A stretch of DNA of 64,000 nt from Caldisericales bacterium. GTDB taxonomy: Bacteria > Caldisericota > Caldisericia > JAAYUI01. Location: positions 12,243 to 76,242 of the forward strand of contig JAKIZT010000004.1 in NCBI GenBank assembly GCA_022707885.1, written 5' to 3'. The position numbers and the translations under genes were made by a program. Below are positions 22,058-30,829 of the stretch, one piece after another. The notes beneath the pieces are model-generated. The model did no database searches. It was not told where the DNA came from and saw only the letters and a program-made list of their open reading frames with translations. Within the stretch, counting starts at the first letter, position 1, and each line of letters opens with the position of its first letter.

Positions 22058-22260
22058 GCGAAATGACGGATGAAGCAGAATTTGTAATGGATATCCTTAA
22101 AGGTAAGGGCAAAATGACCACCACCCAGATTGAGGAGGCCATCAAGGCCCAGGGGATCGCATGCAGAGATGCAGCATCAAGATTCCTGCCCGGACTCAAA
22201 GCCCAGGGTTTTATAAAAGGTGAATTCAAAAACAAAACGTGGGTGTGGTGGGTTGATTGA
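22054..22260 (+). CDS. Small hypothetical protein (68 aa) translationally coupled between the giant protein and uvrC
   Basis: 4-nt overlaps with both neighbours. No recognisable motif. Confidence 0.35.
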   Translation: MSEMTDEAEFVMDILKGKGKMTTTQIEEAIKAQGIACRDAASRFLPGLKAQGFIKGEFKNKTWVWWVD

Positions 22261-23897
22261 TGACAGAGCTTGAAGAGAAGGTAAAAAACCTTCCGCTCAA
22301 GCCTGGTGTTTATCTCTTTAAGGACTCCACCGGGAAGGTCATATACGTCGGAAAGGCAAAATGCCTTCGCGACAGAGTTTCATCATATCTGGACAAGTCA
22401 CAGTTGCTGCCAAAAGTGGCAGCAATGATGGACCACGCCTGTGATCTGGACTTTATAGTAACCTACTCGGCACACGAAGCCCTTGTATTAGAAAACAATC
22501 TGATAAAGGAATACCAGCCCCATTACAACATCAAACTGCGTGACGACAAAGAATACAGCTTCATCTTTGTTTCAAAAGAACCATTCCCGAGACTGGGCAG
22601 AACAAGAAGAACGGACAACCCAAATTTCCATTACTTTGGCCCCTATACCAGATCCGAATCTCTCACGACAAACATCAGGACCATAAGGCAATTTTTTCCT
22701 GTCAGGACGTGCAAGCTCGAACTCCCAGAGAAAAAATGTAGACCTTGCCTTGATTATCATATTGGATTGTGCCTTGCGCCATGCGCCAATCTAGCAAATC
22801 AGGAAGAATACCAGTCAATGGTTGCTGACTTGCTCTTATTGTTGTCTGGTAAATACAAAAAACTGGAAGAAACACTCCACAAGAAGATGGCTGAGGCATC
22901 TACATCCTTAAGATTCGAAGAGGCCGCCAGATTGAGGGAAAGCATCAAAAATCTTTCTTCGATAGTATCCAGGCAAAGGGTCATCAGCGCAGAACCGTCT
23001 GACAGGGACGCCTTTGCCGTTTTCAATAATGAAAACAGGGCCTGCGTCGAATACATGAAAGTAAGAGGAGGCAGACTCATTCTGGACATGCAGATGTTCG
23101 CAGGTTCAGAGGACGAAGCGACCCCTTCAGAATTTCTTGGTGCAGTGATGCAACAGGTATACGGTAGTCAGGACAACATCGATTTACCATCAGAGATCCT
23201 TGTAAATGTAAAACCGGAGGGTGAAAAAGAACTCTTTGAATTTATTAACCAGGGCAGGGAGCTCCTCAAACAGATAAAAATTGTCCAGCCAAAAAGAGGC
23301 GACAAGGTGCAATTGCTGAAAATGGCAGAAACAAACGCAAAACACCATCTTTCAGAGCACATGAGAAGGGAAACCCTCACGCTTGGCAAAAATGCCATAA
23401 TCCAGCTCCAGGAAGCACTTGAACTCAAGAAAACGCCATTCCTTATCGAGGGTTATGATATAGCAAACATACAGGGGAAAGGCGCAGTCGGATCACAGGT
23501 CAGCTTCAGAGATGGCCGGCCAAACAAAAAAGGCTACAGGATTTATAAAATCAAAACAAAAGACACTCCTGATGATTATGCAATGATGAGGGAAACACTG
23601 GAACGAAGAAAAACACATTGGGACGATGAGGAGTTTGCCCAAAAACCAGACCTCCTTCTCATTGATGGAGGAATGGGCCAGCTAAATGTTGCCCTCGATG
23701 TATTCAAGGGGATCGATGTAGAAATAGCTTCTCTTGCCAAGGAAGAGGAGCTCGTAATGCGAAAGGGAATGGAACCGATAAGGTTGCCTGAAACCAGCCC
23801 CGCACTGAGACTGCTTCAGCAAATCAGGGATGAATCCCACAGATTTGCTGGAAAACACTTCAGGACACAACACAAAAAACTGTCGGGACTTGATTAA
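22257..23897 (+). CDS. uvrC: Excinuclease ABC subunit C (lacks the C-terminal HhH domain)
   Basis: GIY-YIG N-terminus LKPGVYLFKDSTGKVIYVGKAKCLRDR, the UvrBC-interaction region, and the RNase-H-like endonuclease motif LRLLQQIRDESHRFA. The protein ends right after this motif, at 546 aa. Confidence 0.88.
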   Translation: MMTELEEKVKNLPLKPGVYLFKDSTGKVIYVGKAKCLRDRVSSYLDKSQLLPKVAAMMDHACDLDFIVTYSAHEALVLENNLIKEYQPHYNIKLRDDKEYSFIFVSKEPFPRLGRTRRTDNPNFHYFGPYTRSESLTTNIRTIRQFFPVRTCKLELPEKKCRPCLDYHIGLCLAPCANLANQEEYQSMVADLLLLLSGKYKKLEETLHKKMAEASTSLRFEEAARLRESIKNLSSIVSRQRVISAEPSDRDAFAVFNNENRACVEYMKVRGGRLILDMQMFAGSEDEATPSEFLGAVMQQVYGSQDNIDLPSEILVNVKPEGEKELFEFINQGRELLKQIKIVQPKRGDKVQLLKMAETNAKHHLSEHMRRETLTLGKNAIIQLQEALELKKTPFLIEGYDIANIQGKGAVGSQVSFRDGRPNKKGYRIYKIKTKDTPDDYAMMRETLERRKTHWDDEEFAQKPDLLLIDGGMGQLNVALDVFKGIDVEIASLAKEEELVMRKGMEPIRLPETSPALRLLQQIRDESHRFAGKHFRTQHKKLSGLD

Positions 23898-23924
23898 AGA
23901 CCAAAAGGGAATAACTTTAACACC

Positions 23925-24611
23925 ATGAAAAAAGGTTTGTTCATTTCAACCGCAATCGTCTTCACACTGTTTCTTGTTGGATGTGGTGGGCCAGATTTGA
24001 TGATAATGGTGCCCAACCTCACAAACATGAGGTTCCAAACCGCAGAGAAGGTTGCCCAAAAAAGGGACCTGAAACTAATTATCGAAAAATATGAAGCCTC
24101 GGAGTTTGTTCCGGAGGGGAGCATCATATCCCAGGATCCATCTGAAGGTGCTTACATAAAAACCGCCAGGAGCGTCTTTGTTGTTGTCTCGAGTGGGAAA
24201 AGGAAAATGAAGGTACCAAACCTCATCGGGATGAGATATGGTGATGCACAGGATTCCCTGCTCAAGATGGGACTTGCAATAGGTGGAATAGAAGAGGAAT
24301 CTTCGAATGCCAGTGATGTTGGCTATGTCGTCAGGCAGTTTCCAGCACCTGATAGCGAAGTTGATAGAAACACGCCAATAACACTGACTGTATCTGTTGG
24401 GCAGCTAACAACTGTCCCCAATGTTTTGGGTCTTCCAGTCGATCAGGCTTCCGAAACTCTCCAACAGGCAGGTTTTGAGGTAAACCTCATTGCTGTACAA
24501 AAAAACCTTGCTCCATACGCTGACGCAAATATTGTTTTGAGAACCGACCCCGAACCAAACAGGGAATGCGATACCAAAAACAAGGTTGATATTTATTTCA
24601 GGCAACCATGA
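23925..24611 (+). CDS. Lipoprotein with three tandem PASTA domains
   Basis: Lipobox LFLVGCGG and three repeats of about 65 aa each beginning VPNL/VPNV (PASTA-like). Confidence 0.65.
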   Translation: MKKGLFISTAIVFTLFLVGCGGPDLMIMVPNLTNMRFQTAEKVAQKRDLKLIIEKYEASEFVPEGSIISQDPSEGAYIKTARSVFVVVSSGKRKMKVPNLIGMRYGDAQDSLLKMGLAIGGIEEESSNASDVGYVVRQFPAPDSEVDRNTPITLTVSVGQLTTVPNVLGLPVDQASETLQQAGFEVNLIAVQKNLAPYADANIVLRTDPEPNRECDTKNKVDIYFRQP

Positions 24612-25252
24612 CAAAGCTGGCCCCGTCACTTCTTGCAGCCAACCCCCTCAATCTTGAAGAGGGCATCAGAAACATAAACGAGTTTGCAGACATCCTTCAC
24701 CTTGATGTTATGGATGGCCATTTTGTCCCAAACCTTGCCCTGGGGATTCTAACATGCGAATCTGCATGCAAAACTTCACTAGTTCCTGCATATGCACACT
24801 TGATGGTTAGCAACCCCGGCGAATATATAGAAAAATTTGGGAACATGGGCGCAAAAGCATTTGTATGGCATGTGGAACCTGATCTGGACCACATGAAAAT
24901 AATAAGCCTCGTCAAATCTTCGGGAATGAAACCGGGTCTGGCCATAAAGCCTGACACCGATTGCGATGTTCTTAAACCGTTCATTGATCATATAAACATC
25001 GTAACAATAATGGGCGTTTACCCTGGATTTTCAGGTCAAAAATTCATTCCATCAACAATAGACAGAGTTGCGATGGCAAGAGGGTTTTCAGGAAGAATTG
25101 AAATAGAGGTTGATGGCGGTGTTGGACTGGAAAACGCACCGGCACTTGTAGAGAATGGCGCTGATATTCTCGTTTCAGGATCAAGCTTTTTTAACTCAAA
25201 AGATAAAAAGGCCTTCTCCGACAAGATAAGGTCCTTAAGGAGGAAACCATGA
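24608..25252 (+). CDS. rpe: Ribulose-phosphate 3-epimerase
   Basis: HLDVMDGHFVPNL, MVSNP, and the GFSGQKF and DGGV motifs. Confidence 0.9.
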   Translation: MTKLAPSLLAANPLNLEEGIRNINEFADILHLDVMDGHFVPNLALGILTCESACKTSLVPAYAHLMVSNPGEYIEKFGNMGAKAFVWHVEPDLDHMKIISLVKSSGMKPGLAIKPDTDCDVLKPFIDHINIVTIMGVYPGFSGQKFIPSTIDRVAMARGFSGRIEIEVDGGVGLENAPALVENGADILVSGSSFFNSKDKKAFSDKIRSLRRKP

Positions 25253-26283
25253 CAAAAAAACTCGTCCCCATAACACTGGCCCTAGTTTTGGCCATAACTT
25301 TCTTTGCTTCTTGCGGAGGTGGGTCATCAAAACTATCAGGCACCGTAAGGGACACAATCAGCTTGGCAAAGATTGCAAATGCAAGCATCGTCATTGATTC
25401 GAAAACAATCGTGACGGATGGTGACGGGAGATTTGTTGTAGAAGGGCTCTCCGAAGGGAAGTTTGATATTACAATCTCTTCAGATGGGTATTCAAAAACA
25501 ACTTACCCAGAGTTCGAAATCAAGGATGGGGACAATTTCCTCGAGGCAACGCTCTCAAAAACAGATGATTCCAAAACAGGAGAGATCACAAAAGCTCCAT
25601 TAAAGCCACAGACAACCCCACCACCTGCCCCAGGAAAACCTGTGGGAAACAGGCCAAACATAAATATTTATATGGATTTTACAAATTGCGTGGTCAAAAC
25701 AATAAAGGGTGACAAACAATTCCCAGGTTCAACACTTGAAACGACATTCAATGGAGGCTCGGTAAGGAATATCATAAGAAGCCAAAATCCTCAGGTACCA
25801 CAAACTGAAATAATATTCACCCCAACAATAACGTACAATAAGGTCCCAGGCCAGGGTTGGATGGGCGTTAAGATTCCTAAAGGTCAGGCCCCCATGGAAT
25901 CTTCAAAAAACCAACTTCAACTCTACATGAAGGCCATAAAAGAAGTTCTATCTGACAGAAACTCGACATTCAATGCTCTCGGAAAAGGATCATTTGCTGG
26001 CCAGGAAGTCGAAAAGTACTACATAGCAGGATACGGTAAAGATGTGATGGACCAGGTTGACGGGGAAATTCTCGTGCTTTCAAAGGGACCAAATAACGGT
26101 ATGATGGTTTCCTTTAATGGAAAATTGACCGTTGGTGGTGAAGGTGACAGCTATACTATTGAAATAACCGATATCGGTTCTGCACCAAAAATTCAGATAC
26201 CCCAAAACGCCAAGATAATGGACCCATCATCTTCTACTCAACTAAAACCATCACAGCCAATATCAAAACCCAAAAATCCCTGA
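25249..26283 (+). CDS. Lipoprotein with N-terminal carboxypeptidase-regulatory-like domain
   Basis: Lipobox FFASCGGG, followed by GTVRD...ANASIVID...TDGDGRF (CarbopepD_reg-like beta-sandwich). Confidence 0.55.
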   Translation: MTKKLVPITLALVLAITFFASCGGGSSKLSGTVRDTISLAKIANASIVIDSKTIVTDGDGRFVVEGLSEGKFDITISSDGYSKTTYPEFEIKDGDNFLEATLSKTDDSKTGEITKAPLKPQTTPPPAPGKPVGNRPNINIYMDFTNCVVKTIKGDKQFPGSTLETTFNGGSVRNIIRSQNPQVPQTEIIFTPTITYNKVPGQGWMGVKIPKGQAPMESSKNQLQLYMKAIKEVLSDRNSTFNALGKGSFAGQEVEKYYIAGYGKDVMDQVDGEILVLSKGPNNGMMVSFNGKLTVGGEGDSYTIEITDIGSAPKIQIPQNAKIMDPSSSTQLKPSQPISKPKNP

Positions 26284-26315
26284 TAAAAAACCATCTTCTA
26301 AGAGACAACAAAAAA

Positions 26316-26340
26316 GGCCAGATTTCATATCTGGTCTTTT
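26316..26340. terminator. Hairpin between convergent genes (GGCCAGAT-TTCAT-ATCTGGTC followed by T-run)
   Basis: Imperfect 8-bp stem flanked by an A-run and a T-run. Could terminate both convergent transcripts. Confidence 0.45.
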
Positions 26341-26358
26341 AAAATTCTACTCCCGAAC

Positions 26359-27702
26359 TCAGTTCCTTCTTTTAAAGGGTGCATAAAGTACAAGTTCCAT
26401 AAGATCCTGATTGTCCGGGTCTTCTTTGTCAAAAATGAGCTCCTGGATCCATGGAGCTTCCCTGCAATCAATCTTCCTTTTGTCAAAGCCTCTGAAAAGC
26501 CTCTTGTAGTTTTCAGAAATGTCCTCAAGTCTGCTTGACAAAATAAGGTAGTCACCACCCTCAACTTCCTTTATGCCAACACCACTGGAAGGCTCGACAT
26601 CATCTGGTACAGTGACCCAATGCTCAAATCCATAAAATGATCTGTCAGGTTCCGGACACGGATTGTCAAAACCAAAAATTTTTGTTCCTGGCAAATCAAG
26701 AATCCCATTTTTAGTTACCCATTCCTTCATTATCTTCCAGGAGTCGTTTTCTGGTGAAGCACTCAGGGCACGGCAATGCGCTACCCTCATTTTATCAAGT
26801 TTTATTTCCTTTATTTCCTTTTCCATGGGTTTTTCCTTGACCTTGATCGGCATGTAAAGGTCGATTTCGAGTGTCTCGTTGTCCCATCTGTCCGGAGGCG
26901 TCAAATGCTCCTCAAGACACTGGTGCGTTCCATATTCATACTTGCTCAGCGAAAGCCATGTTGAAAAATGTTTCCAGTCTTTCTCAATGTTGGGGAGTGT
27001 TGTACCCATAACAGCATAATGACCTCCCATGAGGTGTTTGAATTTTATTTCATCAGTCCCTGTAACATCTTTCTCCACAGTGATGCAAACTTCATAGCCA
27101 TATTCATCTTTCCCTGATTGTGGTGAGGGATTGTTGAATCCAAAAAGCCTGTATGGACAATCAAAAAGACCATTGGTTGCCGCCCAGTCTAGAAGCTTGT
27201 TCCAGGCATCCTTCTCCGGTGTTTTGCCAATCGCATTGCAATAGGCAACCCTAATTGGAGGAAGCCATTTCAGAACTTTAACTTTAGGGTCTCCCTGCAT
27301 GCTATTTGCCGAATCATCATAATATTTTTCAATCAGGTCCACTTTGTTGTACTCCTTTATCTTTGGTTTGTTCTGCCTGAATGTGCCTGGTGTGACACCA
27401 AATTCAGACTTGAAGGCCCTTGTGAAGGCTTCTTGCGAGTCATATTCGCAATCAAGGGCAAGCTCGATGATGCTTTCATGTCCGGCTCTCAGCTTTTTTG
27501 CTGCTTCAGTCATTCTTCTTGTTCTCACATAAGCCATAAGAGACCTTCCCACAAGCATATGGAACATTCTGTAGCAATGAACAGTGGAGATGCCTGACTG
27601 GCTGCAGGCCGTGTCCGGATTTATCCGCACTGTGAGGTTTTCCTCAATGTAATCGATTACTTTCTGGATTCGTTCAAAGCTGTTCATCATCGTCACCGTC
27701 AC
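26359..27702 (-). CDS. AraC-family transcriptional regulator with two tandem GyrI-like effector-binding domains
   Basis: N-terminal HTH_AraC (IIELALDCEYDSQEAFTRAFKSEFGVTPGTFR) followed by two GyrI-like repeats of about 150 aa. Confidence 0.75.
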   Translation of the reverse strand: MTVTMMNSFERIQKVIDYIEENLTVRINPDTACSQSGISTVHCYRMFHMLVGRSLMAYVRTRRMTEAAKKLRAGHESIIELALDCEYDSQEAFTRAFKSEFGVTPGTFRQNKPKIKEYNKVDLIEKYYDDSANSMQGDPKVKVLKWLPPIRVAYCNAIGKTPEKDAWNKLLDWAATNGLFDCPYRLFGFNNPSPQSGKDEYGYEVCITVEKDVTGTDEIKFKHLMGGHYAVMGTTLPNIEKDWKHFSTWLSLSKYEYGTHQCLEEHLTPPDRWDNETLEIDLYMPIKVKEKPMEKEIKEIKLDKMRVAHCRALSASPENDSWKIMKEWVTKNGILDLPGTKIFGFDNPCPEPDRSFYGFEHWVTVPDDVEPSSGVGIKEVEGGDYLILSSRLEDISENYKRLFRGFDKRKIDCREAPWIQELIFDKEDPDNQDLMELVLYAPFKRRN

Positions 27703-27875
27703 CCATTATTCACACTATCCGTTCTCTTGTCTTGATTATTTCTATCACCGGTTTAACAAAAAATGCAATATTCAATTTATGCAAATGGTGGAAAGAAATT
27801 TGTATCTGGTTAGAACTTATTCTTGGGATTAAATATAAAAAAACTAACTATCAATTTTTATCTGGTGGATTTTTA

Positions 27876-27951
27876 TGGTGGAGATGAGGTGATTCGAACA
27901 CCCGACCCTCGCGTTGCAAACGCGATGCTCTGCCAGCTGAGCTACATCCCC
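27876..27951 (-). tRNA. tRNA-Ala (anticodon UGC)
   Basis: Reverse complement: GGGGATGTAGCTCAGCTGGCAGAGCATCGCGTTTGCAACGCGAGGGTCGGGTGTTCGAATCACCTCATCTCCACCA. Cloverleaf folds. G3:U70 Ala identity pair. Anticodon loop TTTGCAA. CCA encoded. Confidence 0.85.
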
Positions 27952-27968
27952 ACTTGCAAAGAGCTGCA

Positions 27969-28045
27969 TGGTGGGCCTCAGTGGACTCGAACCACTGACC
28001 TCGTCCTTATCAGGGACGCGCTCTAACCAACTGAGCTAGAGGCCC
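27969..28045 (-). tRNA. tRNA-Ile (anticodon GAU)
   Basis: Reverse complement: GGGCCTCTAGCTCAGTTGGTTAGAGCGCGTCCCTGATAAGGACGAGGTCAGTGGTTCGAGTCCACTGAGGCCCACCA. Anticodon loop CTGATAA. CCA encoded. Confidence 0.85.
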
Positions 28046-28114
28046 AACAATTCGGTTAGTATAATGTCACCAAATACCATGTCAAGGGTGGAAAACCAGT
28101 AGAACTATTGTTCC

Positions 28115-28142
28115 TTGACTTTCGTTTGGGCACTGTTATAAA
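28115..28142 (+). promoter_or_regulatory. Putative promoter for tRNA-Ala(GGC): TTGACT, 16 nt spacer, TATAAA
   Basis: TTGACT at 28115-28120 and TATAAA at 28137-28142, 11 nt before the mature tRNA 5' end. Confidence 0.4.
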
Positions 28143-28153
28143 TATCCAATCGT

Positions 28154-28229
28154 GGGCCTGTGGCGCAGCTGGAAGCGCGTCTGCATGGCATGCAGAAGGT
28201 CAGGAGTTCGAATCTCCTCAGGTCCACCA
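28154..28229 (+). tRNA. tRNA-Ala (anticodon GGC)
   Basis: GGGCCTGTGGCGCAGCTGGAAGCGCGTCTGCATGGCATGCAGAAGGTCAGGAGTTCGAATCTCCTCAGGTCCACCA. G3:U70 pair. Anticodon loop ATGGCAT. CCA encoded. Confidence 0.85.
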
Positions 28230-28289
28230 GTTAAAAGACGCCAAAAAGCCTCCGCAAGGAGGCTTTAATTGCATAAGGAGGCGCCAGCA

Positions 28290-30734
28290 ATGGGAAACTT
28301 TGATTTCAAGGCGATCGAATCCAAATGGCAGAAATACTGGGACGGCAACAAGATTTACAGGACCACAAATGATCCTGGAAAGAAAAAATTATACTGCCTT
28401 GATTTCTTTCCATATCCATCAGGAAGCGGCCTTTCTGTAGGGCACTGTAGAAATTACATTCCATCAGATGTTTACTCCAGGTATTTCAGGATGGTTGGTT
28501 ACAACGTGCTACATCCAATGGGCTGGGACTCGTTTGGGCTCCCTGCGGAAAACTATGCCATACAGATGGGTATCCATCCTGAAGCAACAACTGCAAAAAA
28601 CACCGCCAATTACAAAAGGCAAATGACCCTCATTGGCACCAGCTATGACTGGGAGAGGGAAATTAATTCTTCAGATCCAGATTACTACAAGTGGACACAA
28701 TGGTTCTTCCTGCTCCTTTTTGAGAGGGGACTTGCATACCAGAATTACGGCGCCCAGTGGTGGTGCCCGGAATGCAAGACCGTTCTTGCAAACGAGCAAG
28801 CCGAAGGCGGCGTTTGCTGGAGATGTGGTTCGCAGGTGGAGCGAAAAGACCTCAAGCAATGGTTTTTCAAGATAACCGATTATGCAGAAAGGCTTGAAAA
28901 GGACCTCGAAACAATAGACTGGCCAGAGCCAATCAAAATCATGCAGAGAAACTGGATTGGCAGGTCTGAAGGCGCAAAAATAATATTCAAATCAGAGAAT
29001 GGGCACGACATCGTTGTTTTTACAACGCGCCCGGACACCCTTTTTGGATGCACATACATGGTTCTTGCGCCAGAGCACGAGCTTGTGCCGGAACTGACAA
29101 CTCCTGAACAGAAAAACGCCATCGAAGCCTACATAAAAGAGGCAAGAAGGGCCTCTGACATAGACAGGCTCTCCACTGACAAGGAAAAAACCGGAGTTTT
29201 CACTGGCTCATATGCAATAAATCCGGCAAACGGGAAAAAGGTGCCGATATGGATTGGCGATTATGTTCTGGCAAGCTATGGAACAGGCGCAATCATGTGT
29301 GTACCCGCCCATGACGAAAGAGATTTCGCTTTTGCAAAGAAGTTTGGTCTTCCAGTGGTCCAGGTAATCTCAAAAGATGGCGGGCTGATGAATCTTGAAA
29401 ACGCCTACACCGAATCAGGAACAATGGTCAATTCAGGGCAGTACGACGGCATGGATTCGGAGAAGTTCAAAAAGGTAATAGTCGAAGAGCTCGGGAAAAA
29501 AGGCATTGCAACCCCAACTGTAAACTACAAACTGAGAGATTGGCTGATCAGCAGACAAAGATACTGGGGAGCACCAATACCTGTCGTTCATTGCGAAAAA
29601 TGTGGCACAGTAGCTGTCCCAAAAGACCAGCTGCCAGTAAAACTCCCACATATAGACAAATTCGAGCCATCAACAGACGGGAAGTCCCCGCTGGCAAAAA
29701 TACCGGAATTTGTAAACACAACATGCCCCAAATGCGGCGGGCCAGCACAGAGGGAAACCGACACAATGGATGGTTTTGCATGTTCCTCCTGGTATTTTCT
29801 GAGATTCCCCAATCCCCACGAAAACGACAGGCCGTTTGATCCCGAGATGATCAAATACTGGCTTCCTGTTGATGTTTATGTTGGTGGCGCCGAACACGCC
29901 GTTATGCACCTTATCTATGCAAGGTTCTGGACAAAAGTAATGCACGATGCAGGACTTATATCGTTTATCGAGCCGTTCCAGAAGCTGATGAACCAGGGCA
30001 TGTTGCTTGGTGGCGACCACCAGAAGATGAGCAAGTCAAAAGGCAATGTCGTAACACCAGACTCAATGGTTGAAAAATATGGCGCGGATGCATTGAGAGG
30101 ATATATCCTCTTCATGGGCCCATTTGAAGGGGAAGTCATCTGGGAAGAGTCCGGTTGTGCAGGTGTCTACAGGTTCCTTGGAAGGGTCTTCGACAACTTC
30201 ACATCCTGGAAGTATGGAAACGCAAGCGCCAGCGAACAAATCGCAAAAGAGCTGATAAGAATAAAGCACAAGCTCATTTTAAAGGTGACATCGGACATTG
30301 AAAGGTTCCACTTCAACACTGCGATATCTTCATTTATGGAAACCTTCAATTCAATTTATGATCTTGCCAAAACACCAGGAACAACAGAAACAAAAGAATT
30401 CAGAGACTTCATTGAAAACTACATCGTACTACTTGCGCCATTTTGTCCATACATCACGGAAGAAATTTGGAAACTGTTGGGAAACAAGGCATCTGTCCAT
30501 CAGCAGTCATGGCCAATAGGCGATGAAACTCTTACAAAAGAAGACACCGTCAATGTTCCAATACAGATCAACGGAAAGCTCCGTCACGTAATCCAGGTAC
30601 AGATTGGAACAAGCGAAGAGGAAATCCAGAAAATTGCACTCTCCGAGGAGCAGGTCAAGAAATTCACCGATGGTCACGAGATATTGAAAGTAATGGTGCC
30701 AAAAGGAAAACTGGTCAGTATAGTAATAAAGTAA
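28290..30734 (+). CDS. leuS: Leucyl-tRNA synthetase
   Basis: HMGH-type motif PYPSGSGLSVGHCRNY, the KMSKS motif, and the CP1 editing domain. The likely start MGNFDF at 28290 is preceded by AAGGAGG. Confidence 0.95.
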   Translation: MGNFDFKAIESKWQKYWDGNKIYRTTNDPGKKKLYCLDFFPYPSGSGLSVGHCRNYIPSDVYSRYFRMVGYNVLHPMGWDSFGLPAENYAIQMGIHPEATTAKNTANYKRQMTLIGTSYDWEREINSSDPDYYKWTQWFFLLLFERGLAYQNYGAQWWCPECKTVLANEQAEGGVCWRCGSQVERKDLKQWFFKITDYAERLEKDLETIDWPEPIKIMQRNWIGRSEGAKIIFKSENGHDIVVFTTRPDTLFGCTYMVLAPEHELVPELTTPEQKNAIEAYIKEARRASDIDRLSTDKEKTGVFTGSYAINPANGKKVPIWIGDYVLASYGTGAIMCVPAHDERDFAFAKKFGLPVVQVISKDGGLMNLENAYTESGTMVNSGQYDGMDSEKFKKVIVEELGKKGIATPTVNYKLRDWLISRQRYWGAPIPVVHCEKCGTVAVPKDQLPVKLPHIDKFEPSTDGKSPLAKIPEFVNTTCPKCGGPAQRETDTMDGFACSSWYFLRFPNPHENDRPFDPEMIKYWLPVDVYVGGAEHAVMHLIYARFWTKVMHDAGLISFIEPFQKLMNQGMLLGGDHQKMSKSKGNVVTPDSMVEKYGADALRGYILFMGPFEGEVIWEESGCAGVYRFLGRVFDNFTSWKYGNASASEQIAKELIRIKHKLILKVTSDIERFHFNTAISSFMETFNSIYDLAKTPGTTETKEFRDFIENYIVLLAPFCPYITEEIWKLLGNKASVHQQSWPIGDETLTKEDTVNVPIQINGKLRHVIQVQIGTSEEEIQKIALSEEQVKKFTDGHEILKVMVPKGKLVSIVIK

Positions 30735-30749
30735 CCACAAAGAATAAAA

Positions 30750-30776
30750 AGCCCTGCTTGTTGCAGGGCTTTTTTA
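30750..30776 (+). terminator. Rho-independent terminator after leuS
   Basis: GCCCTGC-TTGTT-GCAGGGC followed by TTTTTT. Confidence 0.8.
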
Positions 30777-30829
30777 ATAGTATTGCATTATATGGGTTCT
30801 TTTAGCTAAAATGCATCTGGAGGTGTCTC

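Noticed and set aside
27876-28045. tRNA-Ile/Ala pair as evidence of an rRNA operon in the window
   Set aside because: No 16S or 23S-like sequence flanks the pair. The neighbours are an AraC regulator gene and a promoter region.
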